Below, one piece after another: positions 39,444 through 51,487 of a stretch of 64,000 bases of DNA. The stretch lies in NCBI RefSeq assembly GCF_002105155.1, contig NW_019028979.1, positions 1,116,001 through 1,180,000 of the forward strand. The letters are read 5' to 3'. Below the pieces are notes generated by a model. That model was given only the letters and a program-made list of their open reading frames with translations, did not search any database and was not told the origin of the DNA. The first letter of the stretch is position 1. The number at the start of each line of letters is the position of its first letter. The position numbers were made by a program, and so were the translations under genes. Source of the stretch: Lobosporangium transversale. Lineage: Eukaryota.

Positions 39444-39517
39444 TGCATGAGATGATTTTTCAATTAAAGACAAGCATATGTCTGATTTAAGATGACACCT
39501 TTGACCGACTGATGCAT
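39444..39517 (+). ncRNA. snR74: Box C/D snoRNA snR74 homolog
   Basis: C-like box GAGATGA. Guide AGACAAGCATATG precedes D' CTGA (39482) and is complementary to SSU CAUAUGCUUGUCU (yeast Am28 site). D box CTGA at 39509. Terminal stem tgcat/atgca. Confidence 0.85.
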
Positions 39518-39744
39518 TCGAATATACCGATACTTTCTTCCTTTGCTTCATTTTCGAAAGTTGAGCTTATTGCGGGTCTCAAGTGAGTGACTAATTTATT
39601 CATTCATACTCGTCTAATAGCATGGTTCTCCGGCTTTTTTTTTTTTTTTTTTTTTTTTTTTTCCAGCTGGATATAATGATCTAATCTGATAAGGTGAGCA
39701 AAGGCAACTTTTGTTGGAATCTATAATCCTTGGCATCTTTTTCA

Positions 39745-39838
39745 TCATTATGATGATTTATTTAATCACGACGGTCAACTTAGCACATCATATGTGCATT
39801 GATTATAACGGCTGTGACAGGCCATTCCTCTCTGACTC
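39745..39838 (+). ncRNA. snR73: Box C/D snoRNA snR73 homolog
   Basis: C box ATGATGA at 39750. Guide TCACGACGGTC is complementary to LSU GACCGUCGUGA (yeast Cm2959 site). D box CTGA at 39832. Confidence 0.83.
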
Positions 39839-40027
39839 TACATCTCACCTTTTTGGGCGTGTTGTAGAAGCTGAAGAGATGTCTTCTGTTATTTTTTATT
39901 TATTGAATCAAACAGAATCTACGTGTATCTTACAGTCCTTTTCTATCTTATACTTTCTTAGGTATGTTTTATTACTAAAGATTATTTAGTTTTTATGGAA
40001 GATAATAAAAAAATATTCTGTATTGTT

Positions 40028-40201
40028 TATTGGGACATGTCTTCTGTTTGATTTGTGAGGAAAGAAACAGGTTGTTTAAAAAGATGAGGATAGTCCAGAC
40101 AGCAGCCAGAGCGTCGAAAAGCTGTAGTGTAGACTGTATTGGTGGCGTTCTAAAACATGTCTTAATGATATTCTTCTGTAATCAGGACTACTTTCACAAA
40201 G
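40028..40201 (+). ncRNA. Candidate box H/ACA snoRNA (possible guide for SSU yeast-Psi1290 equivalent)
   Basis: Hairpin 1 has ctgttt/aaacag, then H box AGATGA (40082-40087). Hairpin 2 has tagtcc/ggacta, acag/ctgt and agagcgtc/ggcgttct, then ACA at 40196-40198. Pocket strands are CCAGA and AATCA. Confidence 0.45.
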
Positions 40202-40371
40202 GTGAAGATTCGGTTTTTTAGTCGATTGTAAAATTAAGTTTTTAAGGTGCTAATTGAAAAAGTAATCAAGGTTATTAAAAGCAGCTACATATCTTGAACA
40301 ACCACTTTGGAGATACAGTGGGTTGTCTGGCCTTGCGAAAACTGCGTGACATGGCCGATATAGCGACCATG

Positions 40372-41182
40372 TCATGGCAAAGGCATAGTCAATTTTAGGG
40401 TGTTATCTATAATTCATACAAAAAGAGTTATGAGTACCCAAATTACGAAACATCATTGCAATAAAGGCAGGCTTGAAAAGCAAACAGCAAACACTTACGA
40501 CGATGCTTCACAGCGAAGAGAAAATAGGCAACGCTGTCAACTTCCTTGGCGGTTATAGTGTTCCAATGCTTAGTTGCTGCAGCTGCAAGATCATCGCGCG
40601 ATTTCGATTTTGGTTTTAGTTTATTCAATCTACAGTACCGACGTAGTGCTGCAATATCCATGTCTGCAAACTCGACCTGCATGTATCAACGTCGTTTCCC
40701 CCAAACATTCAAATTCAATACATTGAGGTGTTGAATGAGAAATCCACAAGATATAGTTAAATAAGATTCGGTGGTGCCATGGAGCAGAAAATTGAGACAT
40801 CACATTGTTAGCCATTCAGTCCAAGCACCGCAACAATAACAAAAAAAAAAAAAAAAGCGGCAAGGCGCCACTAAAGTCTGCTCATTTGTCCGATCTAACT
40901 TACAGTGATAAGGGGTGCTTCTGCTCTCCGTTTTACGCTCGCTCCGCTTCCACTGCTGGGATTTTTCTCCTTGTCTCCGCTTATACCTCCAGCTGTCGAT
41001 GCTGGACGGTCGCTTCCTCCTAGGCCTGAGCTTCCAGAACCTCCACGCTCGGCAGCCAAGTTCCCGTTAGCGTGTCCCTGACCTCTCTCAGAGTTTCCTT
41101 TGTGATCATTAGAATGGTTGCCTGATTTCCCTCCTGCATTGGAATTGCCTCCTACCTCGGTCGCTTTTTGTTTTGGAGCCAT
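40372..41182 (-). CDS. SAP30: SAP30 Sin3-binding domain protein, 3 exons
   Basis: VEFADMDIAALRRYCRLNKL......DDLAAAATKHWNT..AKEVDSVAYFLFAVK. Exons 41182-40904, 40676-40499 and 40406-40372. Confidence 0.78.
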
Positions 41183-41488
41183 GAAGATGTGTTTTTATTT
41201 TTATTTTTTTTTTTATTAAAAAAAAAAAAAAGGTACAGCAAGGCGGAAATTGATGTCGTATTTTATGTAGTAGTGAATGGGGATGAAAAAGAGTAAAAGA
41301 GGGTCTAATAAAATTGGACAATAGAATGTCAAGAAGAGGAAGAAGTGGAATCAATAAAAAAGAGATTCCTGTCCAAGGTTCAAAAGAACTGATACCGGTC
41401 ACAATCCCATGTTGGATCTCCACGCTTCTCTCGCAATAATTTTCAAGTAACAGAAGAAAAGGGTGGACGTCCACCAAAAGGAGGAACC

Positions 41489-44400
41489 ATGGATGCCGAA
41501 GATCAGCAGTATCAACACCAACATTCAAGGAGCAGTAGCCACCATCGTCCACCCGTATTACTTCAATCTGATGACTTTTACCATGGAGATCACACTAGAC
41601 TTGGACATGCAAATCACCCATCCCATTCTATAGGGTTTGACCTAGCAGGCGATACTCTGAGAGATCGAGACTATTATGCCCTTGCTGGAGCCCTTGCTGG
41701 AGACGTAGAGGAGCCAGTGGCTCATGTCCATTCTCAAGCTTGTCAGGATTTGTGTCCAGTGCAGGACCTATATACTGAGGCTAGTTTCTCGCGCTTCAGT
41801 AAAGGTGCTCGCACGTAAAGTTTTTTTTTTTTTTTTTTTTTTTTTCTTTCGAGTTACGAAGAATAGAGGCACCTATTATTGACTTGATACATAAGGATGA
41901 AGGGACATAAAAAACATGCGTTGACGTTTCACCGATTTCTCTCTCTCTCTTTTTTTTTTTTTTTCTTTTTTTTTTTCTAGGAACCTCTATGGTCTTGTCG
42001 TCGTTAAGGAACTTGGAGATGCATCTCAATCATATTCATCGTTGTCAACGCCACTAGCGTCAACACTTGCGCAACATCCAACTAGTCAAAATACTCAACC
42101 AGAAGTAGCTCAGGGAAAGCCTATTCAACAAACCAGTATTTTTACAAGTGATGGTGATATGGCGTATCGTCATCTGCCTGGACGATATGTTTTTGTCGCT
42201 GCAGGAAGTACAGTGAAATGCTTCATGAGCTTAAGTGAATCATATGAGTTCACGATTGGGCCAATTGCGTCCTCAACAAGTGACTCGGCACCAACGCCAA
42301 TAGAGGCTGAATTAAAAGAGAAAGATCCAAGAGCTGAGAATGAAGCACCAACGGCAGAGGAGAGTTCAAAAAACGGATCTACGTCGGGATCCTCACAGAC
42401 TTCAGCACGTGCTACAGCCGCACCAATATTGAATTACGAAATTATATCCATGGATGCTTATGAACGCAAGGATGAACGAGGATGCCAATTGCTCCTGGTT
42501 CTGTCGATCGCCAAGGTATGCAAAATAGGGGTCATTGGAAGGCATTAAACAGGTGGGCAAGGTTCTGTTGCTTCCTTCGTATTATGTCCACTTATTTAAG
42601 CAGTTGGTCAATCTGGCGTAGGGTGAAGATCCGACGCAGTTCGAAGTTCGATTTTATGGCATCAATTCGTTTGGCAGTAGTATCCGAGATCTTTTGCTTC
42701 GATTACCAAGTAAGGATTTTTTTTATATTTTTATTTTTATTTTTTTTTTTAATTAACATTATTCGTTCCCGTAACAGGTTTCAAAAAAGCGTCGCTCTAA
42801 CTAATTATTATACTTTTTTTATCAACTTATTTAATTAGACACAACGGATGTTCAATCCATACCTCTTGCTTGGGCTCCAACAAAGATTATTCATGCACCT
42901 CTAGAAGATGATCCCTTTGAATTGGCAGTCCTTATAGCGGGGAGCGATAGTTGTGTCCATTTGTTTCTTGAGAATCCATCGACGACTGTGCCCCGTACTA
43001 AGATCTTTGAGGAACGCCCTATCGAGTCCCACTTCCCCCTTCTAGCATCCTTTCCACATTGCGAATACTGGTAAACATGTTTTAATTATACATTGAGTGC
43101 AGGGAAAAAAAAAAAAAAAAAAAAAAAAAAAAGGTAAACTCGTCGTGAGTTAAAAGATTATTCGTTGAATCTGACCTTTACGTCTTTTTACTGTTTATGT
43201 TTAGCGTTTTGAGCTTGGTGGTTAAGGATTTTCCATCATGTCGCGTGGTTGCTGCAGGAACACAGAATGGGACGTTGAACGTTGCAATTATTCCTAGGAA
43301 TCCGGAAACATTAAAGCTGAATAGAGCGCAAGCCAAGACTCACACCATCGTGCTATTTGCCCCCATCACGACACTAGTAGTTTTCACTTCGCGCGTAGAA
43401 CCAGAGAGAAGACAGAGTCAACAGAGGCGGACAAAGCGATACCATTCATCAGCTAATATGACCTTAGATGTGAATGAAGTGAATGAAGTAAAAAATACTT
43501 TACTGGAACAGAGCAACAGAGGCGATGTATCTAATAGGCCTACATCAGGAATTGATGATTCATGGAAATGTGGAGAGGCTAAAAAGGAAGACACGAATGA
43601 AGAGGAGGAGGAAGAGGAAGAGGAGGATGCTAGTATTCACTTACTGGTTACATGCGCTATCGAGCAAGGATGGATATACAGGTAAAGTACTAATAGAGTT
43701 CGTGAAGGGTATTGCGGCACAATATGTACTCATATTCTAAAATGGATCATCTTGTTGTATTGACATTTCGCTTCATTCTTTTAGCGATATTATTAAGCAC
43801 GGGCTCAATCGACGGTCAGATCTTGCCGAATGTTCGTATCACGACAGTATCCTTGCAGCATATGTCATGGACGCAGATTGGGATGGACGTCAGGAAATCA
43901 TGATTGGGACCTATGGACGTCAGCTGATGGTCTTCAAGGAGCTTGCACCTGGTCAAGGACCGTATTCCAACAGTCTATCTACTCGATCTGAATCAGGGCA
44001 TCACCATACTCTAAGCCGTTTTCAACAGCAACGACGGCAGCAATACTGCCCTACTCCATCGCTTTCTAGGTTCATATCTTCTTCTTCACCTCCCGTTTGG
44101 GGTATGACATGGAATCGCCGTCTTGCTACTCCTGTGTACGGAATTTCATCAGTAGACTTGAATGACGACGGACTAGAAGAGCTGGTGGTCACAACACTTA
44201 ATGGTGTATCCTTCTTCTTACCAGATCCCTTGTCTGCCAAACGGAGGCTCGCTCAAGCAGTGAATCGAATGCGGGAGATTGAGGAATTGCGTTCAACATT
44301 GGAGCAATTGCGCAGATCGAACGAGGAGATATTGGAAGCACGGCGGGGGCGGAAAGAGGAAGAAGAAAAGGAGCGCTTAAGGAAGATACAGCGACCAAAA

Positions 44401-44661
44401 GAGGAGAAAGAGGAAGAAGAGAAAGAGAGAGAGAGAGTGGAAAAGGAAGAGGAAGCACAACTGAGAAAAGAAGAAAAGGAGTTCCAGACGATTGAAGAAA
44501 AAGAACACCAGGAGATTGAAGAGTACTTACAACAGGAGAAGAGGTCCTTGCAAATGGACGAGGCATTAAAAGGCGGCGAGAAAAAGCCAGAGTTAAACTT
44601 GGAGGCAACATGGAATGAGGAGCCTCGGCAATCCATACAGGAAGAAAATCAAAAGAATTAA
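41489..44661 (+). CDS. KPTN: Kaptin-like (KICSTOR subunit KPTN) beta-propeller/FG-GAP protein with charged coiled-coil tail
   Basis: Motifs YTEASFSRFS..NLYGL, HDSILAAYVMDADWDGRQEIMIGTYGRQLMVFK and WNRRLATPVYGISSVDLNDDGLEELVVTTLNGVSF, resembling animal Kaptin motifs as recalled. About 6 exons. Confidence 0.75.
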
Positions 44662-44983
44662 GTGTTGAGGACAGGTTCACATCAAGAGTAAAATAGACAA
44701 AGATAAACACATCACCACTCCTAAAAGAATAAAAAAGACATTGCAATCAAGAATTGAGAGGAATTCTTTTTTTCACTTTATTGTAAACAACTTTTAGTTT
44801 CGTCTTCTTTCGCTCTTTTTGTTTCTTTTCGAAAAACTGTACAAGGGTAGCCAAGAAGAGGTGGTTGTAAAAAAAAAAATGGAGATTGAACTAAACAGAC
44901 ATTATTGGTAGATATCAAGAAAGAATATAATAAATGAAAGCAACAACAAGAGAATAACGTCCTTGATTTTCCTTTCATCCATT

Positions 44984-47900
44984 TTACAACTTGTCCAAGA
45001 AGTTCTCCAGCTTGGGCATCTCGACCTTGAGACCCTTACGCTTGCGAATGCTGAGAATCAATTCTCCGAGCTTGGGGTCTGTGTCAGCGTTTCCGTTCAA
45101 CAGTTCCCAGTGATCGAATACAGATTGAGGGAAGGCCTGACCTCCGGTGGCTTGACGCAAATCGGACGTGAAACCGAAGGATTCCGCAACGGGCAAGTAA
45201 GCCTTGACGACGTACATGGGGGTGCCGGGGCGCTGTTCCTCACCAATGGTGTGACCGCGACGCTTGTTCAAAACACCATAGATACCACCCATGGCCTGCT
45301 CAGGGACAGTAATTTCGACCAAGTAGATGGGCTCCATGAGACCAGGCTCAGCAACCATGGCGGAGGCATAGATGGCGCTACGGCAGGCGGGAATGATCTG
45401 TCCACCTCCACGATGGATAGCATCGGCGTGAAGAACAACATCCAAGATGTTGAAACGGCATCCACGCATCTGTTCGTCGGCGTAGACACCCTCGCGAGTT
45501 GCCCACTGGAATGCAGCAACACATGAGTCCTTGATTTCGTTGAGGTAGGCAACTCCCTTAGTCAAATCGACAAGAACGTTGGGTCCAGTTCCGTCGGGAC
45601 CGAATGCCCAAATCTTACGGGCTTCCTGGTTGTCCCAACCGAAGTCATCAGACAGAACACGGGCACGGGCCTTCAACTCATCACGAGCGCTAATCTTGCC
45701 GTTTTCAATGGCATTAGAGAGATCCTCACCAATTGGTGCAGCCTTGAGGAAGAGACGGTTGTGCTTGTTGGGAGACTTTGCAAGAGCTGTGATGGAAGAC
45801 TCGGCCTTGACGGTTTCCTTGTACTGAACGACTGGGTCGGACTTGCGAATAGGAATCTGAGCATGGTCTTCCTCCAAATCCTTCAAGCAAATTTCGAGAT
45901 GAAGCTCTCCTGAACCAGCAACGATGTGCTCTCCGCTGTCAGAGGTAAAGCAAAGGACGCAAGGATCGGACTTGGAGAGACGCTTAAGACCTTCGACCAG
46001 CTTGGGAAGATCAGCAGCATTCTTACATTCGACAGCAACCTGGACGACAGGCGAGACAGAGAACTTCATGACCTTCAAGTTGTGTGCAGAGTCGCTGGTG
46101 GTGATGGTACCAGACTTGAGCAAGAACTGGTCAATACCGACCAAACCGACGATGTTACCAGCAGGGCAGTCCTCAATAGGCTCGACATAACGACCCATCA
46201 TCAAAACAATGCGCTGGATGGACTTAACGAACAAGTCAGTCTTAGTGCCGGGTGTGTAGTTAGGGCCCTGAATGCGGACCTTGAGACCAGCACGGACTGT
46301 ACCAGAGAAGACACGACCGAAGGCGTAGAAGCGACCCTTATCGGAGGTAGGAACCATCTTGGAGACGTACAACATGAGAGGACCAGTGGGGTCGCAGGCA
46401 GCGATACCCTTGGCGCACTCATCATCCATAGGACCCTCGTACAAATTCTCAACACGGTACTTTTGGGCGGTAATGGGAGATGGCAAGTGGATGACTAACA
46501 TCTCCATGAGAGCCTCTCCGGCAGGCAAGAACTTCTTCATAATAGTCTTGAGCAACTGCTTGCCATCGAGTTCTTTTTCATCAGTCTTGAGAGTGATGTC
46601 GAGCTTCTCCACTAGTGCCCAGACGTCCTCCTTCTTCTTGTTCATGGTAGTATCGAAAATGCGGAAGATGGGGTCAAGGACAAAGGTGTTGAAGGCACGA
46701 TCCAAGCGGTTACCCTCTGCATCGATATTCTTGGTGGTCCACTTCTTGGTCTTTGGGTTGAAGTAGTTCTCACCCCAAAGTTTGGTCATCATCTTTTGAC
46801 GATCGACACCGAACTTCTTAGCATAGCGTTGAGCAAATTGACGGATCGTGAAGGCCCATCCGTGAAGACCAGAGGCGAAGGCGACGGTACCTTGCTCGGG
46901 GTAGACCTGGACATCACCAAGGACTTCATCCTTGTAGGTGGCAATGATGACGTTAACGGACTCGATGGTACGAGAGAATGACTGGTACAAATCCTCCTTG
47001 GTGACCTGCAACTCGAGGAGGGCACGATCGACTTTGTTAATGACGACAACAGGCTTGATACGTTCACCCAAAGCCTGGCGCAAGACGGTTTCGGTCTGGA
47101 CACAGACACCATCAACGCAGTCGACGACAACGAGGGCACCATCAGTGACACGGAGAGCAGCAGTAACCTCAGATGAAAAGTCGACGTGTCCAGGTGAATC
47201 GATCAAATTAATCAAGAACTCCCTTCCTAAGATCGTAATAATACAACGTAAGATAGTGTATCAACGTTAGTGTTGGTATTATTTCCAGACATTATCTGCT
47301 GTAGATCATGGTTGCAAAATCACTCTCTAGTTCGTATCGTTTAAGTTGGCCTTACCATCAGTCTTCTGCTTGATATCTGTGACATCATCTTCTGACATCT
47401 CAAAGAACAGGGAAATGGCAGTGGATTTGATGGTGATACCACGATCCTGCTCGTCCTGACGGGTATCTGTGAAACGGGCCTCACCAGCACGAGCAGAAGA
47501 GATAATACCAGCCATGGAGACAAGGGAATCTGTCAAGGTCGACTTTCCGTGATCGACGTGAGCAATGACAGACATGTTACGAACGTTCGTAACCTTGTCC
47601 ATCTGTTGATATCCATGATTTAATATAAGTGTCAAGAAAATAAAGGTTTAAAATTGTTAGTATATTGAGAGTGAATCCGGCACAAAGGTTTTGATGGACC
47701 ATAACATGGCCGCCTGATGATCGTTAGCCGCAGCAATGTAATTCCCACGCTCCTTTATGTGGTATGTCTCAGTTTACTGAGAGTTTCAAACGAATCCCCA
47801 TGTCCACAACATATTCTCTCATTTTTTTCTTAGCTGACTGATTCTCTCCCAACCTTAATCAACCAGTGGAAAGTAATCCTATTCCTATCCAAGACGCGTC

Positions 47901-48175
47901 ACACTTGCTGATGCGTCAATTGATAACAGTTAATGTCTCTAGTACCATTCACACACGTACACAGCTTATCAACAGTACAAATCTTTACATTTTAGTCTAT
48001 TACTCGGCTAACAAGTCTTTCCCAACCCAAATAGAATCAAACATTACACAAATGGGACAACAGAAAAAGACCTCAGAGCCTTAGAAAAAAAAAAAAGTTG
48101 CTGTCTCTTGTAAGATCTGGTTCCCACGCATTTTCTCCTCACCCCCCTATATCCGATCTAAAGTTGGCTGCTATG

Positions 48176-48208
<33 letters not shown>

Positions 48209-48539
48209 CGCAGCAAGAGGCATAGTGAACGAGGATTGACAAGTGATTGGGTATAAAGTAATAGTAATAATAGTAGCGATAACTATAAAGAAAAAAGGAT
48301 AAGAAAGTGGAATAAGAGATAATGATCCCCATTTGAAGAAAAATAAAAAATAAAAAATAGAGGTACAACTGGCAAGTGTATGTCGCAACATGACCAAGTT
48401 CATGTTTATGCTTATTGTTCATGTTTCCATTCTCACACTCCTACGTAAACTTTGGCGAAAGGAAAAATGTAAATAATAATGATAAAATAAACTGAAGGCT
48501 TACCAAGGCGCGAATTTGGTCGATAGTAAAGTTAACCAT
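44984..48539 (-). CDS. EFT2: Translation elongation factor 2 (eEF2)
   Basis: [55 protein letters not shown] and the diphthamide loop [12 protein letters not shown]. Exons 48539-48504, 47602-47356 and 47226-44984. Confidence 0.97.
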
Positions 48540-49453
48540 GGTCGTATCTAGTTCAGCGGGTGAAGGAGCTACGTGAGAGAGGGATGAGGGAAAGAGAGAA
48601 TGAGTGAAGATTCAAAAGGGAGGAAAAAAAAAAGAAAAAAAAAAAAGGGAAAAAGAAAAAACGTACACAAAAAAAAGCCTTCGTTTTTATATGTCTCTGC
48701 TGCGTAACATTACAGTACACGCATATTTTATTCAAAACAAAACAAAACAAAACAAAAAACAAAAAAAAAAAAAAAAAGACTAGACTCGGGTTTCCAAAAC
48801 GCGCCAAATTAAGACATAAATCGCGCATGAGAGTTGATCAATTTTTTTTTTTCTGATTTAAAAAACTCATTCATTCAATGTCGAGTCAGCTAGGAAGAAG
48901 GACAAGGTTGAATGAGATCCCTTTCGTCTGCGCGGATAATAGCCGTGTTTCCAATTTTTTTTTTTTATTTTTTTATTTTTTTTTTTTGTTTGTTTACACA
49001 AATTTGTTCCTGCTCTGCAAAATATGAATTATTCGACCACACAAATTTGAAACTACCTCTTATCTTTCCTCTTGGGTCAAAGGTCTAAAAGAGACTTGAG
49101 ACCCCCGACCATTTACACTAACTATGGTGCAGCTTATCGGGAACATGCATTTATCCCTTCGCATAACACTTAATTGGGACTTCTGAATATGTTGATCAGG
49201 AAGAAAAGGGGGACAGATAGACGGATGGATGGATGGATGGATGCCTATTTTGATGGATGCGGGGGTATTTCTTGTATTCTTGTATCATGTCATCTCATGC
49301 CATTTATGTCCAATGAACGGTCTGTGCACCCACCAATTCCAGTCTTTTTTTGTACGTGGACATGAAACAAGTCAAGTGCAATTTTGAGCTCGTCTTTTCA
49401 AATCTTTTCATATCCTAAAAAAAGACATCAGCTGGTGCGAGATTCTGGTCTGA

Positions 49454-49655
49454 ACGCGTTTTTTTGATCTCACATCGTAGACAGCATTGGGTTCGTATAT
49501 TATCCCAAAATGTTTGTGTAATAATTGATAATCACTTCACTTGTAGTCTGTCGTTGTGCTCGTGGTATCAAAGAATAATAAGAGATAGTTATTTGGAGGA
49601 GTCATTATTGTCAATATTCATCCTTACACGCGTAGCGTACGCGTTCTGGACGCGA
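49454..49655. promoter_or_regulatory. Cluster of MCB-like (ACGCGT/ACGCGA) elements
   Basis: ACGCGT at 49454, 49628 and 49639, and ACGCGA at 49650, all upstream of the 50042 gene. Confidence 0.35.
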
Positions 49656-49661
49656 TCCATC

Positions 49662-49697
<36 letters not shown>

Positions 49698-50041
49698 CCA
49701 AGTGCACGGGCGAAGTCTGCTTGTAAAGTTTCCAAACACCTATTTTGATTGATTGATTGAAATGCCCTTGTGATTTCCTGAGCAGGTTGAAGTGGAAAAG
49801 GGCAAAGCAAACAAGTGGGCTAAAAATAGTGCTTCCATTTCTCACTTCTTTCCTCTGTTCTGTATTACATTCATATCCTTTCTTTTTTTTTTTGCTTGTC
49901 AAGTAAACCATTTAACTATCCGCCATTGGCGCACTAGGTCAAAAAAGACCTCTCCCTGTCAGCACTTTGCTTTGCTTTGTTTTGCTTGGCACTCCCATCT
50001 TTCCGTTCTCTCAACAGCTCATCTACATTCAAGTAGCTGCC

Positions 50042-51487
50042 ATGCCATCCGCTCCAATACTGGGTCGGTCTCTGATCCTGTTCGTTGGATGCGCTGTCTT
50101 CTTTCAGCTCATCCTTTTCTTCAAGAGCAATTTTTCGTCCTCATCTGACTTTGACCAACAGTTCTCCTCACAGCAAAATAGGGATTGGCCTTCAGATTCA
50201 TCAAACAATTGGAATGAACATGTCCGGAATCGACACCCTTCGGTGCAACTCTCACTTCGAGACTATGAAGTTTTAGATGAACTAGCGGAAAAGATCGCCA
50301 CAACAGAGTCGTATCGTGTCTTTGAGAATAAGGATGAAGGGCGAATCCATGGAACAAACATCAAAAAAGACCCCACCCTCGTTCGTAAAATTAGGGAACA
50401 GATCCAGTGCTGGACTACCCACGGTTCCTGGCAACGACAGGATGGGGTGTTCACACCACTCAAACATCTAGGGGACTCGCGCTTTGCTAAATGCGACAGA
50501 AATTTTATCAAAGCATTGGATCAAGAAGGTAGCGGTCACTACTTGGGTGAATTTGATCATGCAAATGAACGGTTCCTGGTTCGAGAGGCCGTCAAATATA
50601 AATGGGTACCCGATGAGAAAATCTGTGGACCAGGATCCGGAATCGGTGTGATGGGTTTGGAGGACGATCGAGCCAAGTATCAGCCCTATACTAAGCAAAG
50701 TTTCTGTCAGGTGATCAACCAACGCGACGTGCTTGTCGTGGGCGACTTGACACAGTACCAAATTCATGATGTGTTGTTGTCAGCGTTCCAAAGTTCATTT
50801 GCCTGTTATGGTGAGCTAGGCTGCCTACACCACAGTGCTCATGGACTCTGTCAGAATGTTGGTCTCAAGTATGCTAGAAATGACGTGCTGTCAGTTCCCT
50901 GGGCTGTGGACCCAGAGGAGGAAGAATATCCAAGCGCAACAACGGTAGAGCAAGCATGGGCAACAGAGGATATGCTTCTCAAATACAAAGTGTTGATCCT
51001 GAATCGCGGTCTCTTCTGGAGAACAGACGAGGTGTTCCTGAGTGAGCTGGTCTTTACTATGAAACACCTTTGGAAGTATTATCCTGATACCCTGATTATT
51101 TACCGTGCAACTCATCCTCTATCATCTAATTGCTCGCAGCTGAAGAATCAAGGTGAGGATGAGGCAATCGCGGATAAATATGGTAACTCCGTAGTTGAAG
51201 GAACTGTGCTTCAGAAGCCGCTTAAGGAACCGCCTAAAAGGCAAATAGAGCGCCAAGCAAATGGAGAGGAGTACCGCCCATCAATGGCGGATATCCAAAG
51301 GCAGAATCGCATAGCTAAGCGTGTGGTTGAGGCGGCGGGGGGTATCTACTTGGATACAGAGGCCATGTTTGCTCTGCGACATGATGGAAGAATGGGTGAC
51401 GGCGATTGTGCTCGATTCTGTGCTCCAGGACCACTAGACGCTTATGTAGACCTAATTTATAACACATTGAGGATCCTGCAAGTGTAG
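50042..51487 (+). CDS. Type II membrane SGNH/PC-esterase (TBL/Cas1p-like) family protein with degenerate catalytic motifs
   Basis: N-terminal TM segment, GSW motif, YKWVP, FCQVINQRDVLVVGDLTQYQ, VLILNRG.FW, LIIYRATHP and DCARFCAPGPLD. Confidence 0.72.
   Translation: MPSAPILGRSLILFVGCAVFFQLILFFKSNFSSSSDFDQQFSSQQNRDWPSDSSNNWNEHVRNRHPSVQLSLRDYEVLDELAEKIATTESYRVFENKDEGRIHGTNIKKDPTLVRKIREQIQCWTTHGSWQRQDGVFTPLKHLGDSRFAKCDRNFIKALDQEGSGHYLGEFDHANERFLVREAVKYKWVPDEKICGPGSGIGVMGLEDDRAKYQPYTKQSFCQVINQRDVLVVGDLTQYQIHDVLLSAFQSSFACYGELGCLHHSAHGLCQNVGLKYARNDVLSVPWAVDPEEEEYPSATTVEQAWATEDMLLKYKVLILNRGLFWRTDEVFLSELVFTMKHLWKYYPDTLIIYRATHPLSSNCSQLKNQGEDEAIADKYGNSVVEGTVLQKPLKEPPKRQIERQANGEEYRPSMADIQRQNRIAKRVVEAAGGIYLDTEAMFALRHDGRMGDGDCARFCAPGPLDAYVDLIYNTLRILQV

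Larger units (their letters stand above)
37895..40290 (+). ncRNA. Spliced non-coding snoRNA host gene (snR78-snR73 cluster), ~7 introns
   Basis: TATAAAA at ~37896, then a pyrimidine-rich first exon. Predicted introns 37962-38206, 38339-38621, 38687-38964, 39025-39307, 39380-39620, 39694-39915 and 39962-40270, each containing one snoRNA or candidate. Exons are short and show no conserved ORF. Confidence 0.75.

Noticed and set aside
43847..43856. GTATCCTT, resembling a U12-type intron donor
   Set aside because: Lies within in-frame conserved Kaptin coding sequence (HDSIL), as does a similar site at ~44205.
44963..46981. Long plus-strand ORFs (187, 190, 135 aa) over eEF2
   Set aside because: Antisense shadows caused by strong codon bias of a highly expressed gene.
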